Origin: Lama glama
Lineage: Eukaryota
Assembly (NCBI GenBank): GCA_028534125.1
Contig: CM052818.1
Location: 32,118,001-32,182,000, forward strand
Reading direction: 5' to 3'
DNA: 64,000 nt
Shown: positions 26,330 to 39,255 of the stretch, in pieces
How positions within the stretch are numbered: position 1 is the first letter of the stretch
How the letters are laid out: each line of letters starts with the position of its first letter
Translations under genes and position numbers: made by a program
The notes under the pieces: generated by a model
The model's database searches: none
Seen by the model: the letters and a program-made list of their open reading frames with translations, nothing else
Told to the model about the DNA's origin: nothing

Positions 26330-27595
26330 TCAAAGCAGTTTTTGAAACTTTAAAGAATATATGTGGATAGTTATTTCACTCTCAAAGGTAGATATGAATT
26401 AAATTTATTTATTAAATTAAATAAATAAAAAATCAAATTAAATATTAAAATAAATTGAACAAATCCATTGAGATAATTACATAAGAAACAAAAACCTGTA
26501 ATCAAAATATTATAAGCAAAATGGAAACAAAAACCTATTTTCTGAAAATACTTAGGAAGATAGTTGATGATTAAATATATATAAAAAGCCTCATATAAAT
26601 AAAAAAAGATGTGTTAATACCCCCAAAAGAAATATGGACAACATGTATAGCAATAGTTAAAAAATATACATGAGATAGATTAATAATGAGATGAAAAATG
26701 GTTGAGATTCTAGTAATCAAAAATACAAATTAAATTTTATAGCAAGGTATGATGATGTTAAACAATTAAAACTATGAATTAAAAAATAAATTATTTTCAG
26801 CTACAAAATTAGCAAGTTTTTTTTGATGATAGTAACACAATAATGCCAGTGAAGTCATGATGAAATAGGCATACTTTCTATGCCACTGGCAGGAATGCAG
26901 ACTGTTGCAATATTTTTGGAAAGCAGTTGTACAATACTTATCAAAAATACTAAAAATGTTTATATACTTGTAGAGAACAAACTGGTGGCTACCAGCTGGG
27001 ACAAGGAAGGGGAAAGGGGCAAGATAGGGATAGTGGATTAAGAGATTCAAACTACTTTGCATAAGATAAATAAGTTACAAGGATTTATTTTACAGCACAG
27101 GGAATATAGCCAATATTTTATAATAACTTTAAATGGAGTATAAGCTATAAAAATTTTGAATCACTATGATATACACCTGAAACTAATATAATATTGTAAA
27201 TCAAGTATACTTCAATAAAAATGTTTGTACCCTTAAAACTAATTTTCTTAGAAATTTATCCTAAAATAATTTAAAACTTGAACAAAAATACATTCTAGAA
27301 AGATCTTAACACAATATTATTTATAGCATCAAAAAAAAAAAACCCTGAAATGCTCAATGCTCACAAATAAAGTGTTAAATATAGAGAATATTTAAATAGA
27401 AAAATGCTTATGATACTATAAGTGGAAAAAGCAAGATACAAACTTGTATATATTATATGATTCTAATTTTGTAAAAATGATTGACAGAAAATACATCAAA
27501 ATGTTAGTAGTGCATAAGTTTCTCTAGATATTAGGATTACAGTTGATTTTCACTTTCTTCTTTGCATCATCACTTAAAATAAGCATTTAAATTTT
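26330..27595 (+). mobile_element. Old L1ME/L1MC-type 3' fragment, interrupted by a younger L1 end
   Basis: A-rich sense L1 ORF2 end and 3' UTR (tctagtaatcaaaaatacaaattaaa; tttttggaaagcagttg; aagtggaaaaagcaagatacaaa; taggattacagttgattttcactttcttcttt). Confidence 0.7.
26968..27218 (+). mobile_element. Short 5'-truncated L1 3' UTR insertion
   Basis: gagaacaaactggtggctacc...acagcacagggaatatagccaatatttt...cacctgaaactaatataatattgtaaatcaa...cttcaataaaa. Flanked by taaaaatgttt at 26951-26961 and 27216-27226. Confidence 0.85.
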
Positions 27596-27599
27596 TTTA

Positions 27600-28075
27600 A
27601 TTGTGCATTTATATCTTGCCTTATTCCAAAAAAGGGCTTAAAAATATGAATGATTGAGCCACATAGAATACATTAAAAATAATAAAGAAATTAAGATGAA
27701 GGAGCAAATGTGGATAAGAAAGTTACTATGAATCTCAGTATGTCCTCAGTACAAAAAAACCATGCCATATACTATAACATACTGACAGAGAAAACCATAG
27801 ATTTGGCTCTAGGCTTCCTCACAGCCCACATGAAGCACAAAATGCTTTTAATTAGAAGATTCACAGTGTGTCTAAAGTAAAATCAAACCAATTACGAGTC
27901 TGAAACAGTAACCAGAGAGAAATGTTTTACATGAGTTCTTAAAGAGAGATCAACACTCAGCATCATCTGAATAATAATCATAGCAGTGCATTTTATGCAG
28001 CATTGCTTACACTGACCTTTAAATATGGGCTAATGTCACCATAGCAAGGTGTAAATCAGAAAAACAATTCTGACC
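27600..28075 (-). mobile_element. Possible ancient non-L1 LINE remnant (L4/RTE-X-like)
   Basis: 'tttatatcttgccttattccaaaaaagggcttaa' and 'atttggctctaggcttcctcacagcc' resemble motifs I recall from that family. Not verified. Confidence 0.35.
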
Positions 28076-28144
28076 ATTTAGCTAAATCCATGGGTAGACT
28101 CCAGGACAGCTAAACCAGCCTTTCTATAGTGAGTTTTGCAGATC

Positions 28145-31100
28145 TTTTTTTTTTTAATTGAGGTACATTGATTTACAATGTTATACTAGTTTTGGGTGTA
28201 TATAATAGTGACTCAAAATTTTTATAGATTATACTTCATCTAAGTTATTATAAAATATTGGCTATACTCTATGCTATACAATATATCCTTGTAGCTTGTT
28301 TATTTTATACTTAATAGTTTGTACCTCTTGATCTCCTATCCCTATCTTGCCCCTCACCCACTCCCTCCCTACACTAGTATCACTAGTTTGTACTCTATAT
28401 CTGGAGTCTCTTTTCTGTTGTATTCCTTAATTTGTTTTATTTTTATAAGGTTCCTTGTATAAATGATAACATACAGTATTTGTCTTTACTGTCTGACTTA
28501 TTTCACTAAGCTTAATATCCTCCAGGTCCATCCATGTTGTTGCAAATGGCAAAATTTTATTTGTTTTCATGGCTCAGTTGTATTCCATTATATATACAAA
28601 TAGTTTAACTATCTATCTATCTATCTATCTCTGTAACTGTATCTACATGTCTTCTTTATCTATTCATCTGTTGATGGATACTTAGGTTGCTTCTATATCT
28701 TGGCTATTGTAAATAGTGCTGCTGTGAACATTGGGATGCATGAATCTTTTAGAATTAGTGTTTTCATTTTCTTTGGGTATATACTCATGAGTGCAATTGC
28801 TGGATGAGTCATATGGTAGTTCTATTTTTAGTTTTATGAGAAACTTTTATACTGTTTTCCACAATGGCTGCACCAATTTACATTCCCACCAATAATATAG
28901 GAGGGTTCCCTTGTCTCCATATCCTCTTCAGCATTTGTTGTTTGCAGTCTTTTTGATGATAGCCTTTCTGAGACGTGTGAGGTGATATCTCAATGTAGTT
29001 GTGATTTGCATTTCTCTGATGATTAGCCATGCTGAGCACCTTTTCATATACCTATTGGCCATCTGTATGTCTTCTTTGCTAAAATGTCTGTTTAGGTCTT
29101 CTATCCATTTTTTAATCAGGTTGCTAGTATATTTTGATATTGAGTTATATGAGCTATATTTTGGATATTAACTCCTTATCAGTCATATCATTTGTAAATA
29201 CTTTCTCCCATTCAGTAGGTTGTCTTTCATTTTGTTAGTGGTTTCCTTTGCTGTGCAAAACTGCTTAAATTTAATTAGATCCCATTTTTTTTATTTGTTT
29301 TTGCTTCTGTTTCTTTGCCTTAGGAGACAGATCCAAAAAATATTGCTACAGTTTATGTCAAAGAGTGTTCTGCCTATGTTCTCTTTTAGGAGTTTTATGG
29401 TTTCCAGTCTTAGACATTTAGGTCTTTAATTCATTTTGAGTTTATTTTTGTATATTGTGTGAGAATATATTCTAATTTCATTGTTCTACATGTAGTTGTC
29501 CAGTTTTCCTGGCACCACTTATTGAAGAGACAGTTTTCTCCATTGTACATATTCCCTGCTTTGTCATACAATAATTGACCATAAATGAGTGAGTTTATTT
29601 CTGGGCCCTCTATTCTGTTCCATTGACCTGTATGTTTGTTTTTATGCCAGTACCAGATTGTTTGGATGACTGTAGCTTTGTAGTATAGTCTGAAATCAGG
29701 GAACCTCCAGCACTGTTCTTTCTAAAGATTGTTTTGGCTATATGGGGTCTGTTGTGTTTCCATACAAAATTTAGAATTATTTGTTCTAGATCTCTGAAAA
29801 ATGCCATTGGTATTTTAATAAGGATTGCATTGAATCTGTGTATTGCTTTGGTCAGTATGGTCATTTTAACAATATTAATTATTCCAGACTTTACACCTAA
29901 AGGGACTAGAAAAAGAACATACAAAACCCAAGATTAGTAGAAGGAAAGAAATCATAAATATTAGAGCAGAAGTAAATGAAATAGAGACTAAGAAAATAAA
30001 CAATAGAAAAGATCTATGAAACTGAGAGCTGGTTCTTTTCAAAGCTAAACAGAAGTGATAAACTTTTGGCCAGACTCATTAAGAGAAAAAAGAGAGAGGG
30101 CCCAAACTAATAAAATCAGAAGTGAAAATGGAGAAGTTAAAACTGACACCACAGAAATACAAAGGATCATAAGAGATTACTAAGAACAAATATATGCCAA
30201 TAAAATGGACAACCAAGAAGAAATGGAAAAATTCCTAGAAATGTAGAATCTCCCAAGACTAAACCAGGAAGAAATAGAATATGTGAACAGACAAATTACC
30301 AGTAATGAAATTGTTATCAGTTAAAAAAAAAAATCCCCAACAAACAAAAGGCCAGGACCAGATGGTTGACTTTCACCAAACATTTAGAGAAGAGGTAACA
30401 CTTATCTTCCTCAAACTATTCCAAAATATTGCAGAGGAAGGATGTTTCCAAACTCATTCTATGTGGCAAGCATCACGCTGATACCAAAACCAGACAAAGA
30501 TATCACAAGGAAAAAAAATTACAGGCTAATATTACTGTTGAAAATAGATGCAAAAATCCTCAAAAAATAACTAGCAAACCAAATACAACAGATCATACAC
30601 CATGATCAAGTGGGATTTATCCTAGGGACGCAAAGATGGTTCAGTATCCGCAAAGCAATCTTTGTGATACATCACATCAACAAACTGAAGGAAAAAAACC
30701 ATATGATCATCTCAATAGATGCAGAAAAAGCTTTTGATAAAATTCAGCATCCAATTATTATTTAAAAAAAAAACTCTCAACAAAGTGGATATAGAGGGAA
30801 CATTCCTCAACATAATGAAGGCTGTGTATAATAAGCCTATAGCTAACATTATACTCAGTGGTGAAAAGCTGAAAGAATTTCCTCTAAGATCAGGAACAAG
30901 ATAGGATGCCTACTCCTGCCACCTTTGTTCAACATAGTATTGGAACTCCTAGACAGAGCAATTAAACAAGAAAAAAAAAAAGGAATCCAAATTGGGAAGG
31001 AAAAAGTAAAACTGTTACTATTTGACATGATACTAAACATAGAAAATCCTGAAGATGCTAATGAAAAAACTAACTGGAGCTGATCAGTGAATTCAATACA

Positions 31101-31334
31101 GTTGCAGGATACAAAATTAATATACAGAAATCTGTTGCATTTCTATACACTAATAACAGACTATCAGAATGAGAAATTAAGGAGATAATCCAGCTTATAA
31201 CCACATCAAAAAAAAATCTGGGAAGAAACCTATCTGAGGAGGTAAAAGCCCAATATTTAACAAAACTATAAGACATTGATGAAAGAAACTGAAGATGACA
31301 CAAACAGATGAAAAATATACCATGTTTGTGGATT
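28145..31334 (-). mobile_element. 3.2-kb L1 with a 5' inversion (28145-29886 minus; ~29888-31334 plus), decayed ORF2
   Basis: Poly-T at 28145, then antisense 3' UTR and ORF2 (INIVKMTILTKAIHRFNAILIKIP), then sense ORF2 RT region ([23 protein letters not shown]). Degenerate 14-bp TSD gagttttgcagatc / gatttctgcatatc. Confidence 0.93.
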
Positions 31335-32092
31335 TCTGCATATCCCTGATTACCGTATTTCATCATGAGAAAAGAAATCATTTCCATGGTCCCAGTGGTG
31401 TAAAAACACCTATGTATTCTGTATGCCTCTCTCAGAGTCCCAGTGAATGATCACTACGTTGAACTTTGTACATTCAGGTTTGCCCAAATTTATTTGACTA
31501 ATATCTTTGCAAAATTCCTGTTAACATCCTGATGAATCAGCCATTAGCCCTTCTCAGATTTTGCTTTGGAAAAATTCCCTAGTAACATTTGTTGCTTTTA
31601 AAAGCAAAGAAGCACCATTTAACAAATAATAAAAAAAGAAGCTCCCTGTATCATGGAGTGACTGTCATGTGGTTTCTTCTGGATTTACTACTTCTTTGAC
31701 CTAATATTAAATCCTACTGGATTTGACTCCAGGATGGTTCTTAGGGACTCATTCTCACAGATATCCCATTCAGATTTGGTGACTTTTTGAGGTTTTTTTG
31801 AGAGAGTGGGCTCTTTCTTTTGTGTTTCCACCCCTCTCACCCCACCCCACCTCAGCCTTGCCTTTAGCACTTTGCTTCCTGCTGCTACAGGGCCAAGATC
31901 CCAGAGACACAGAGCTCATTATCCTTGTTAACCTGCCATGGCTGGAGTGGCCAGAATGCAAAGCTGGAGAAGGTGATGAGACCTCAGTAAGCACAAAGTA
32001 AATAAATCAAACCTCTAATTAAATTTACATGATAAATAAATAGGTTATCTCATTTATTTAGTAAGCAAATTAAGAAAGATAATGAGATTTCT

Positions 32093-33667
32093 TTTTTAAA
32101 TATATTTTTATTGAAGTATAGTCAGTTTACAATGTATCAATTTCTGGTATACAGCATAATACTTCAGTTATATAGGAACATACATATATTCATTTTCATA
32201 TTCTTTTTAACCATAAGTTACTATAAGATATTGAATATAGTTCCCTGTGCTATACAGTATAAACTTGTTGTTTATCTATTTTATATAGAGTAATTGGTAT
32301 CTTCACATCTAGAATTCCCAATTTATTCTGTCCCACTTCTTCCCCCCTGGTAACCATAAGTTTGTCTTCTATGTCTGTGAGTCTGTTTCTGCCTTGTAAA
32401 CAAGTTTATCTTTTTTTTTTTTTTAGATTCCACATGTAAGTGATATCATATGGTATTTTTCTTTCTCTTTCTGGCTTACTTCACTTAGAATAACATTCTC
32501 CAGGTTCATCCATATTGCTGCAAATGGTATTATTTTATTATTTTTATGGCTGAGTAGTATTCCATTGTATGTATGTATGTATGTGTGTGTGTGTGTGTCT
32601 CTATGCCACAACTTCTGTATCCAGTCATCTGTCTGTGGACATTTAGGTTGTTTTCATGTCTTGGCTATTGTAAATAGTGCTGCTGTGAACACTGGGGTGC
32701 ATGTATCTTTTTGAATTAAGGTTCCCTCTGGATATATGCCCAAGAGTGGGGTCGCTGGATCATATGGTAAGCCTATTTTTAGTTTTTTGAGGACTCTTCA
32801 TACTGTTTTCCATAATGGCTGCACCAAACTACATTCCCACCAACAATGTAGGAGGGTTTCCTTTACCCCACACCCTTTCCAGCATTTATTGTTTGTGGAC
32901 TTTTGAATGATGGCCATTCTGACTGGTGTGAGGTGATACCTCATTGTAATTTTGATTTGCATTTCTCTGATAATTAGCAATATTGAGCATTTTTTCATGT
33001 GCCTATGGGCCATTTGTATGTCTTCACTGGAGAATTGCTTGTTTAGATCTTCTGCCCATTTTTAGATTGGGTCGTTTGTTTGTTTCTTACTAAGTTGTAT
33101 GAGCTATTTATATACTCAGAAATTAAGCCCTTGTCAGTCTTATCTTTTGCAAATATTTTCTCCCATTCCATAGGTTGTCTTTTTGTTTTGCTTATGGTTT
33201 CCTTTGCTGTGCAAAAGCTTATAAGTTTAATTAGGTCCCATTTGTTTATTTTTGCTTTTATTTCTGTTGCTTGGGAGATTGCCCTAGGAAAACATCGCTG
33301 AGATTTATGTCAGATAATGTTTTCCTATGTTTTCTTCTAAGAGGTTTATAGTGTCTTGTCTTATGTTTAAGTCTTTAAATCATTTTGAGTTTATTTTTGT
33401 GTATAGTGTGAGGGAGTATTCTAACGTTATTGATTTACATGGAGCTATCCAGTTTTCCCAGCACTATTTGCTGAAGAGACTGTCTTTACTCCATTGTATG
33501 TTCTTGCCTCATTTGTCAAATATTAATTGACCAAAAATTTGTGGATTTATTTCTGGACTCTCTATGCTATTCCATTGATCCATATGTCTGTTTTTGTACT
33601 AATAGCATACTGTTTTGATTAGTGTAGCTCTGTAGTATTGTCTGAAGTCTGGGATGTTTAAATCTGG
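32093..33667 (-). mobile_element. Young lineage-specific 5'-truncated L1 (ORF2 C-terminus plus 3' UTR)
   Basis: ORF 32798-33013 encodes [13 protein letters not shown]...KCWKGCG...LHCWWEC, the ORF2 Cys-rich domain. TSD gagatttct at 32084-32092 and 33668-33676. Confidence 0.93.
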
Positions 33668-34319
33668 GAGATTTCTACTGGGGTCCATGCAGTGCCCCAG
33701 AGATATATACCAGCTCTCACCCTGTTAACATTCCACATTTTCTGTAGAAGGTTTATCTGGCTCATTAGGTGGTTGCGTCTGCAGGAGAAGGGGAGACTAA
33801 CCAACAGCAAGGAAGAGATATCTTGGTATATGCAGGGGTTTGTCCTTCCATTTATGACCACAGAAGAAATTACAGAATAGCACCCAAGAAAGGCTTTTTA
33901 GGAAAGAAGGAAGCAGGTTTGTCACAGTAAAGGAACAGAACAGATGGAGCATTTTTATCTTAGTGTTAAAAATCAAGAAATGGAAGTCAAGAGAGATTGG
34001 AATTAGAATCAGGAAGTGTTCTCTGCTCAGGGTCCTGCTGTGACTGGAGATCTAGCAGAGAGCCAGAATGTTTGGTTGCATGGGGGAAGCTTTCTTAATT
34101 AACAGAGAGGCAGGCTGTGGGATTTCCCACGGGCCAGTAGTGTGGCCTAGAGCAAATCATTCCCATGTCTGTGTGACTTAATTTCTTCATCTCTAAATAG
34201 AGGGTAATAATAGTGAAATGATCACCAAATGATTGTGAGATTTGGAATGCTTTGCAAATTGTAAAACATGATGCAAATGTTTTGTTTTATTATACCATTA
34301 TGTAAATAACAGCAGGAAG

Positions 34320-34455
34320 CAAAGTGTAGTGGAGAGTACAATTTCTCTGGATAAAGAAGAGTGCTGGGCTTGAATTCTGACTTTTCATTCTTTTCCCTGT
34401 GTAAAGGTGATGCTGGAAGAAATTCTGCCTCTCTGATTCAGGCTATCTTCCTATG
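34320..34455 (+). mobile_element. MIR fragment
   Basis: 'gtgtagtggagagtac...ctgggcttgaattctgact'. Confidence 0.55.
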
Positions 34456-37400
34456 TATCAACTCATGTACTCTTTCATTCTCTATTTCTGTCTATGAAAC
34501 AAACATGACCACTTCTTGGAAGAGAATCTTGATGCCAGACTTTGGAGAATCCTGTTCCCTAGAATTAATGTGGAGGTGAATATTCTTTCAAGCATCAACA
34601 TAGGAACTAACAAAGTGAGATGACATTGCACTGTCCCTTTCATTTGCAAGCCTGTCTATCCCTAGAAAAGCTGGCAGATATAGGACAGGTGAGAATGTCT
34701 AGGATGGAGTTTCTGAAAAATCTGACATATTCATGGCTTCTACTGAAACCCAAGGCTCCAATTTAGGTCCTAATTATCAAACTGGTCCTATGGGCTCCTG
34801 CCTCAAATTCCCTCTCCAGGCCTCGTTATTAAAATATAGAACAAAATCCACTCTGCATTTAGGAAAAACAAAATAAAACAAAAACACATAGAAGGAAAGT
34901 GAATGAGATCCCATTCTTCTAGCATTTGGGATGGAGTTTCTAAGGTCTACTTAAATCTCCCTTCTCCATGAGCCCTTCAGGATTGCCTCAGCAAGAAGGT
35001 CATTCCCCTCTGCTGCACCTACATAGTGTTATGTTTCTAACACTTTTTAGGCTCTCATCCCTTTCTCTCCTCCAGATATAATTCTGTTCATGCAGATCTT
35101 CTCCTCTCTAAACAGTGCAGACAACAGGGCCTAAAAAATACTGTTGAGTGAATGTTTGTCTTGAGTCTGCACTCAGGGACAAGGGAGAGAGAATTGCACC
35201 AAGACCATCACCCTGCAGCACACTCTGCAGTGGCATCACATGTTCACCCAGGCCTACACTACCAGACTCTTCTCACTTTTCTCTCCGCCTAAGAGATGAG
35301 GAAATGAGGCAGGATGGGTATTTAAGCCACCATTGGGCAAAAACTTAGCAGAGTCTTCTCAAAAGTTATTCCAAAATGGAAAGAAAGAAGTAAGAAGAGA
35401 AAAGAAAGAGACTCCTTACTGATTCAGGAGCCCAGGGGCTGGGATCCCTCCTTCACCCTCACTGCCCTGGTCATCTCTGATGGTCATCATTTCCTAGAGC
35501 TCAGGCTCTTGGTCCAAGTGACTCCCACTTCTAGTCTTCCCACCTGCAACCTCTAGACCTCTAGACACCCCCAGGCCACATTTCACCTTCCCAGCCTCTC
35601 CTCCTTTAGTGTTCTGACTGCAGGGAGTCATGAGCAGAGCCTGGTGGGATGCGGGCACAGTAAAGTGGTCCTAGCAAGTGTTCCCTTGACTCTGGGGCTC
35701 TGGGTGGATTCCAGAAGACCCTTCCTCTGAGCTGTTGCTATGCACAGGCTCTGCTCCAGGCAGTTCTTGATAAGGACGTAGAGCTGTGTAGAAGACCTTG
35801 ACCTCGGGAAAAGAGGCACCATGTGTTCACCAATACTAATTCATTCCTGAGTCCTAGCCTTGATACTTCTTTCTTTCTGCCTGAGACATGAGGAAACTAA
35901 GATGGAAAAGGCCTTTAAGCCATCACTCAGCAGAGCCCGACAGAGCTGACCGCTGCTGTTCAGCCTCTTTGACTTGCCGCCGCTGGGCAGCAGGACGGCA
36001 TAAATAGCCCCAAACCACATCAGGGCCTGTCTTTGTTCAAGCTGAACTAAACTGTCATGTGGATGGCAACTTTTCCCTCCACATCTGTTTAGTGTAATTT
36101 AAAAATCACAGCCCTTGCACCTACACGATCGGCACCACATGTTGTTCATCTTCCTTATTATCCTAAATTAAAGTGTTGCCTGGTGTCTGGATTTTCTGCA
36201 TTGACCATAGTAATGGAGCTCTAATCTGACTCCCAATCAAACTTTGAGAGAAGGGGTATTGAATTGGAGGAGAGTTACGTAAACCCGATTTCCACATGGC
36301 TACAGCAAAGGAAACCTCCATTGTGGCCGGGCCTGAAATCCCAGGCTTAGGTTATAATGACATTCAGATGCCAGCGCTGGCCTTGCGGTTTGGCTCCTGT
36401 GCGTGACAGAGAGGGAGAGCAAGAGAGGACACGGAAGCAAGTGCATCTGGGCTTCATTAGTTGCAATGTAATTTACAAAAGGCAGCTTTTCAGATGTTGG
36501 GATAATCAGCAGGCTGTTATGGAGGTAGCGCACGGTAATCACGGGTTGACATGAGCAATCCATGCTCAGTGAGATAAATGGGTTTGACTGGCAGGGCAGC
36601 GGTTGGACTTTAATAAAAAACAAATTGAATTTTTTTTCCTGTGGCTTAATGTAAGAATCATCTGGACATATGCATAAAACCCACACAGTAGCAAAAACCC
36701 CTTGCAGAAAGAAAAATACCACAGCACTGGGTCTCAGAACCAATTTCTGTGTTATAAATTCTGTGGATGTTTGGGCAGTGGTTGAAATGGGGGTGGGTGG
36801 GGTGAGGAGGAGAAAGCAATGCGGGGACCTCTCAGCCTGATCCCAGCATAAATCACATAATAATGGACAAGTAATTTAATACTGTTCTGAAGCCTCAGAG
36901 TGAATCAGTGCTTTTCCTACGAGTCTGGGTTCTGGTGGGTGAAGAACTTGGGGCTGTCGACTCCTAAAATTATGCCCTCTTTGGGGTGATATATCCATGC
37001 TTGGTCAATATTGGAGTCTTTGCTGAGGGGTCTGTTAACCTTTCCTCTATATATCCAGTATCCAAAGCTCATGGAACTGCCTTCAGTCTGCCATATGTAC
37101 CAACTCCGCAGCCCTAAGAGCTCCACGGGGGTCTCCCATTCCTTGGAGCAGCTGTTTCTTAGTCTGACTAGCTAGCTGTATGCAGTTTTCCAAGTCTGGC
37201 TCATAGCAGGTGCTCTTGGACAAGTCTCAGGATGGCTCACGTACGCTGAGTTATTTTGCAGGGCATAGAGGAAAAGAGCAAAATTTCAGCAGAGAGCACT
37301 GAGGATGTTGATGGTGTATGCGAGAGGCTGTTGGAGTTTCTTTGCATACAGCAATACAGGTAATCATCAAAGCTGGGCTGAACATTGTCTGATGTGTCAC

Positions 37401-39149
37401 CCCCATGAGGACCAGAATGTCACCTTTTTGAAGGTCAGATTAAATAAGCCTTGGACATCTTTAAGGCACCTGAATTTTGTGAGTATAGAAAGGAGGAGCA
37501 GAGGCCTATTTTTAATGGCAAGTGGATTTAAAATAAAGACATTGGTGTAAGGATGAGGTCATTTTTAGAGATCAGAGAGAGCCTAGAATTCTAAAGCTGG
37601 AATGATCTTAGAAGTAATCTATCTGTAGATGAGGAGGCACAAAGACAAAATTACTTGCCCGAGGCAGGTTGGCTGCAGAGGCAGGGCTAAAACCTACGGC
37701 TCTGGGCTCTTTGGTGCTGTTCCATGTCCTGTAGAGTCCCAAGCCCATTCAGCAGGGCTACCTAAAGATGCTGAAGAAAGGGCCTGGCAAATCAAGAACT
37801 CCCCAAAATATCTCACAGCAGACAGCTGTTGCTGCTTCCAGACTGTGCAGTCAGTCCCCTCTCAACATTGTTTAGATGACCCTCCACTTCCCACATTCAG
37901 CTGTCTAAGACTGCATTTCCTGACATCACCAGCCAAGACAGCATGGGGATAGCACTCAGATTGCTTGGAGGGTAGGTCATGGGGAAAGAGTTTGACTAAC
38001 CAGCCAGGATCTGTACTAACCAGAGAGGGGACCTTGGAGAAGTCTCCCCAAGTCTCTGGACTTCAGGCTCCTTTGACTCTAAAATGTGGGCATGGAATAA
38101 AACATCTTGAGGCTTTCATGGCATTTTTTGTTGTGCTGCAGTAGAACCCTTCATTGGCCACACACCCCAGCCTTAAGAAAGAGAGGGAGTGCAGGGTTCT
38201 GGTCAAAGGTGAGGAGGAACATGTGCCTTCTTTCTTCCCTCTGCACCCCCTCTACCCTCAACAGACCCTGAAGCCCTTTATCAAGCTCAGACCTTTGCAG
38301 AACGTGGTTAGAAAAACACTGGAATAAGCTGTCTCAAAGGCCCTTTTACCTTCAGCATTTTATGATTCTATTAATAGCCTGGTCTCAAGTGTCTGAATAG
38401 AGACCATATTAATGCAGGGCATGGTACCCTGTGACTCCTCCCAGAGCTACTGCAGATCAAGATCCCCTTCCACTCTTCTTTGACCAGGGTAAAGAGCACA
38501 ATGTGGCCAGGGGTGCCACCCTGGGCCTGCCCACCTCTATGGTACCCAGTGTGTGTCTCTCTCAGCTCTCTTCTGATCCAAGAAACAGCATAGCTTCAAG
38601 GATTGAAGACTGTAACCTGCAAGAAGAAAGCCCTTGGGTATCTTGAGAATTGGATTAGGCTGTCCATTTAGGTTGCTGGGAAAGACTCATCACCTGCCAA
38701 TTCATTCAAGAACTGGGGCATAGATTGCCCAAGCACATGATTTGCTCTCAGATCAGTGTTTTAAGCGACCTGGGAAACAAGGAAGTTGTGAGGCATGCTC
38801 CTGTATTTCCAGAGCTAGGAGTAGGGTGGGGGGTTGTACCTGCTAGAACAATTGTCCCGTGCTGGGCAGTGACACCTGGAGCTACAGCAGCACCCCCTAC
38901 CCCAGGCAGGACCCTCATCTCCTCTCTGCCATTACTAATCCTTCACCATCTCAGCCCAGATCCCTCCTCACCATATAGCATTGTCTATGTTATGTTAGAC
39001 AGTTAGACACACTCATAACACTGGACTGCTCACCAAATCCCTTCTTGCCTTTTTTTCACACCTCAGGAAAGGAAGTTCAGTTTATTCAGGGACGGCTCAG
39101 TGCCAGCACAGGGTATGTGGGGACTGCTACAGAAGTCATCTGCTTTAAG

Positions 39150-39255
39150 CTCATCTGAAGGAGATATCTTTATTTCCCAGTGAGGAAACTGAGGCTCAGA
39201 GGGGTAAAATGACTTTAAAAGAATAAAGAGCAGGCTGAGTATCTGAACCCAGACA
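39150..39255 (-). mobile_element. MIR fragment
   Basis: 'cagtgaggaaactgaggctcagaggggtaaaatgactt...ctgaacccagac'. Confidence 0.7.

Noticed and set aside
29610..31387. L1 ORF2-like ORFs as an active retrotransposon
   Set aside because: 5'-truncated, inverted, fragmented by stops and frameshifts, with the FADD motif broken.
36300..36743. 147-aa minus-strand ORF as a gene
   Set aside because: Non-ATG start, no recognisable domain, and a length expected by chance in 64 kb.
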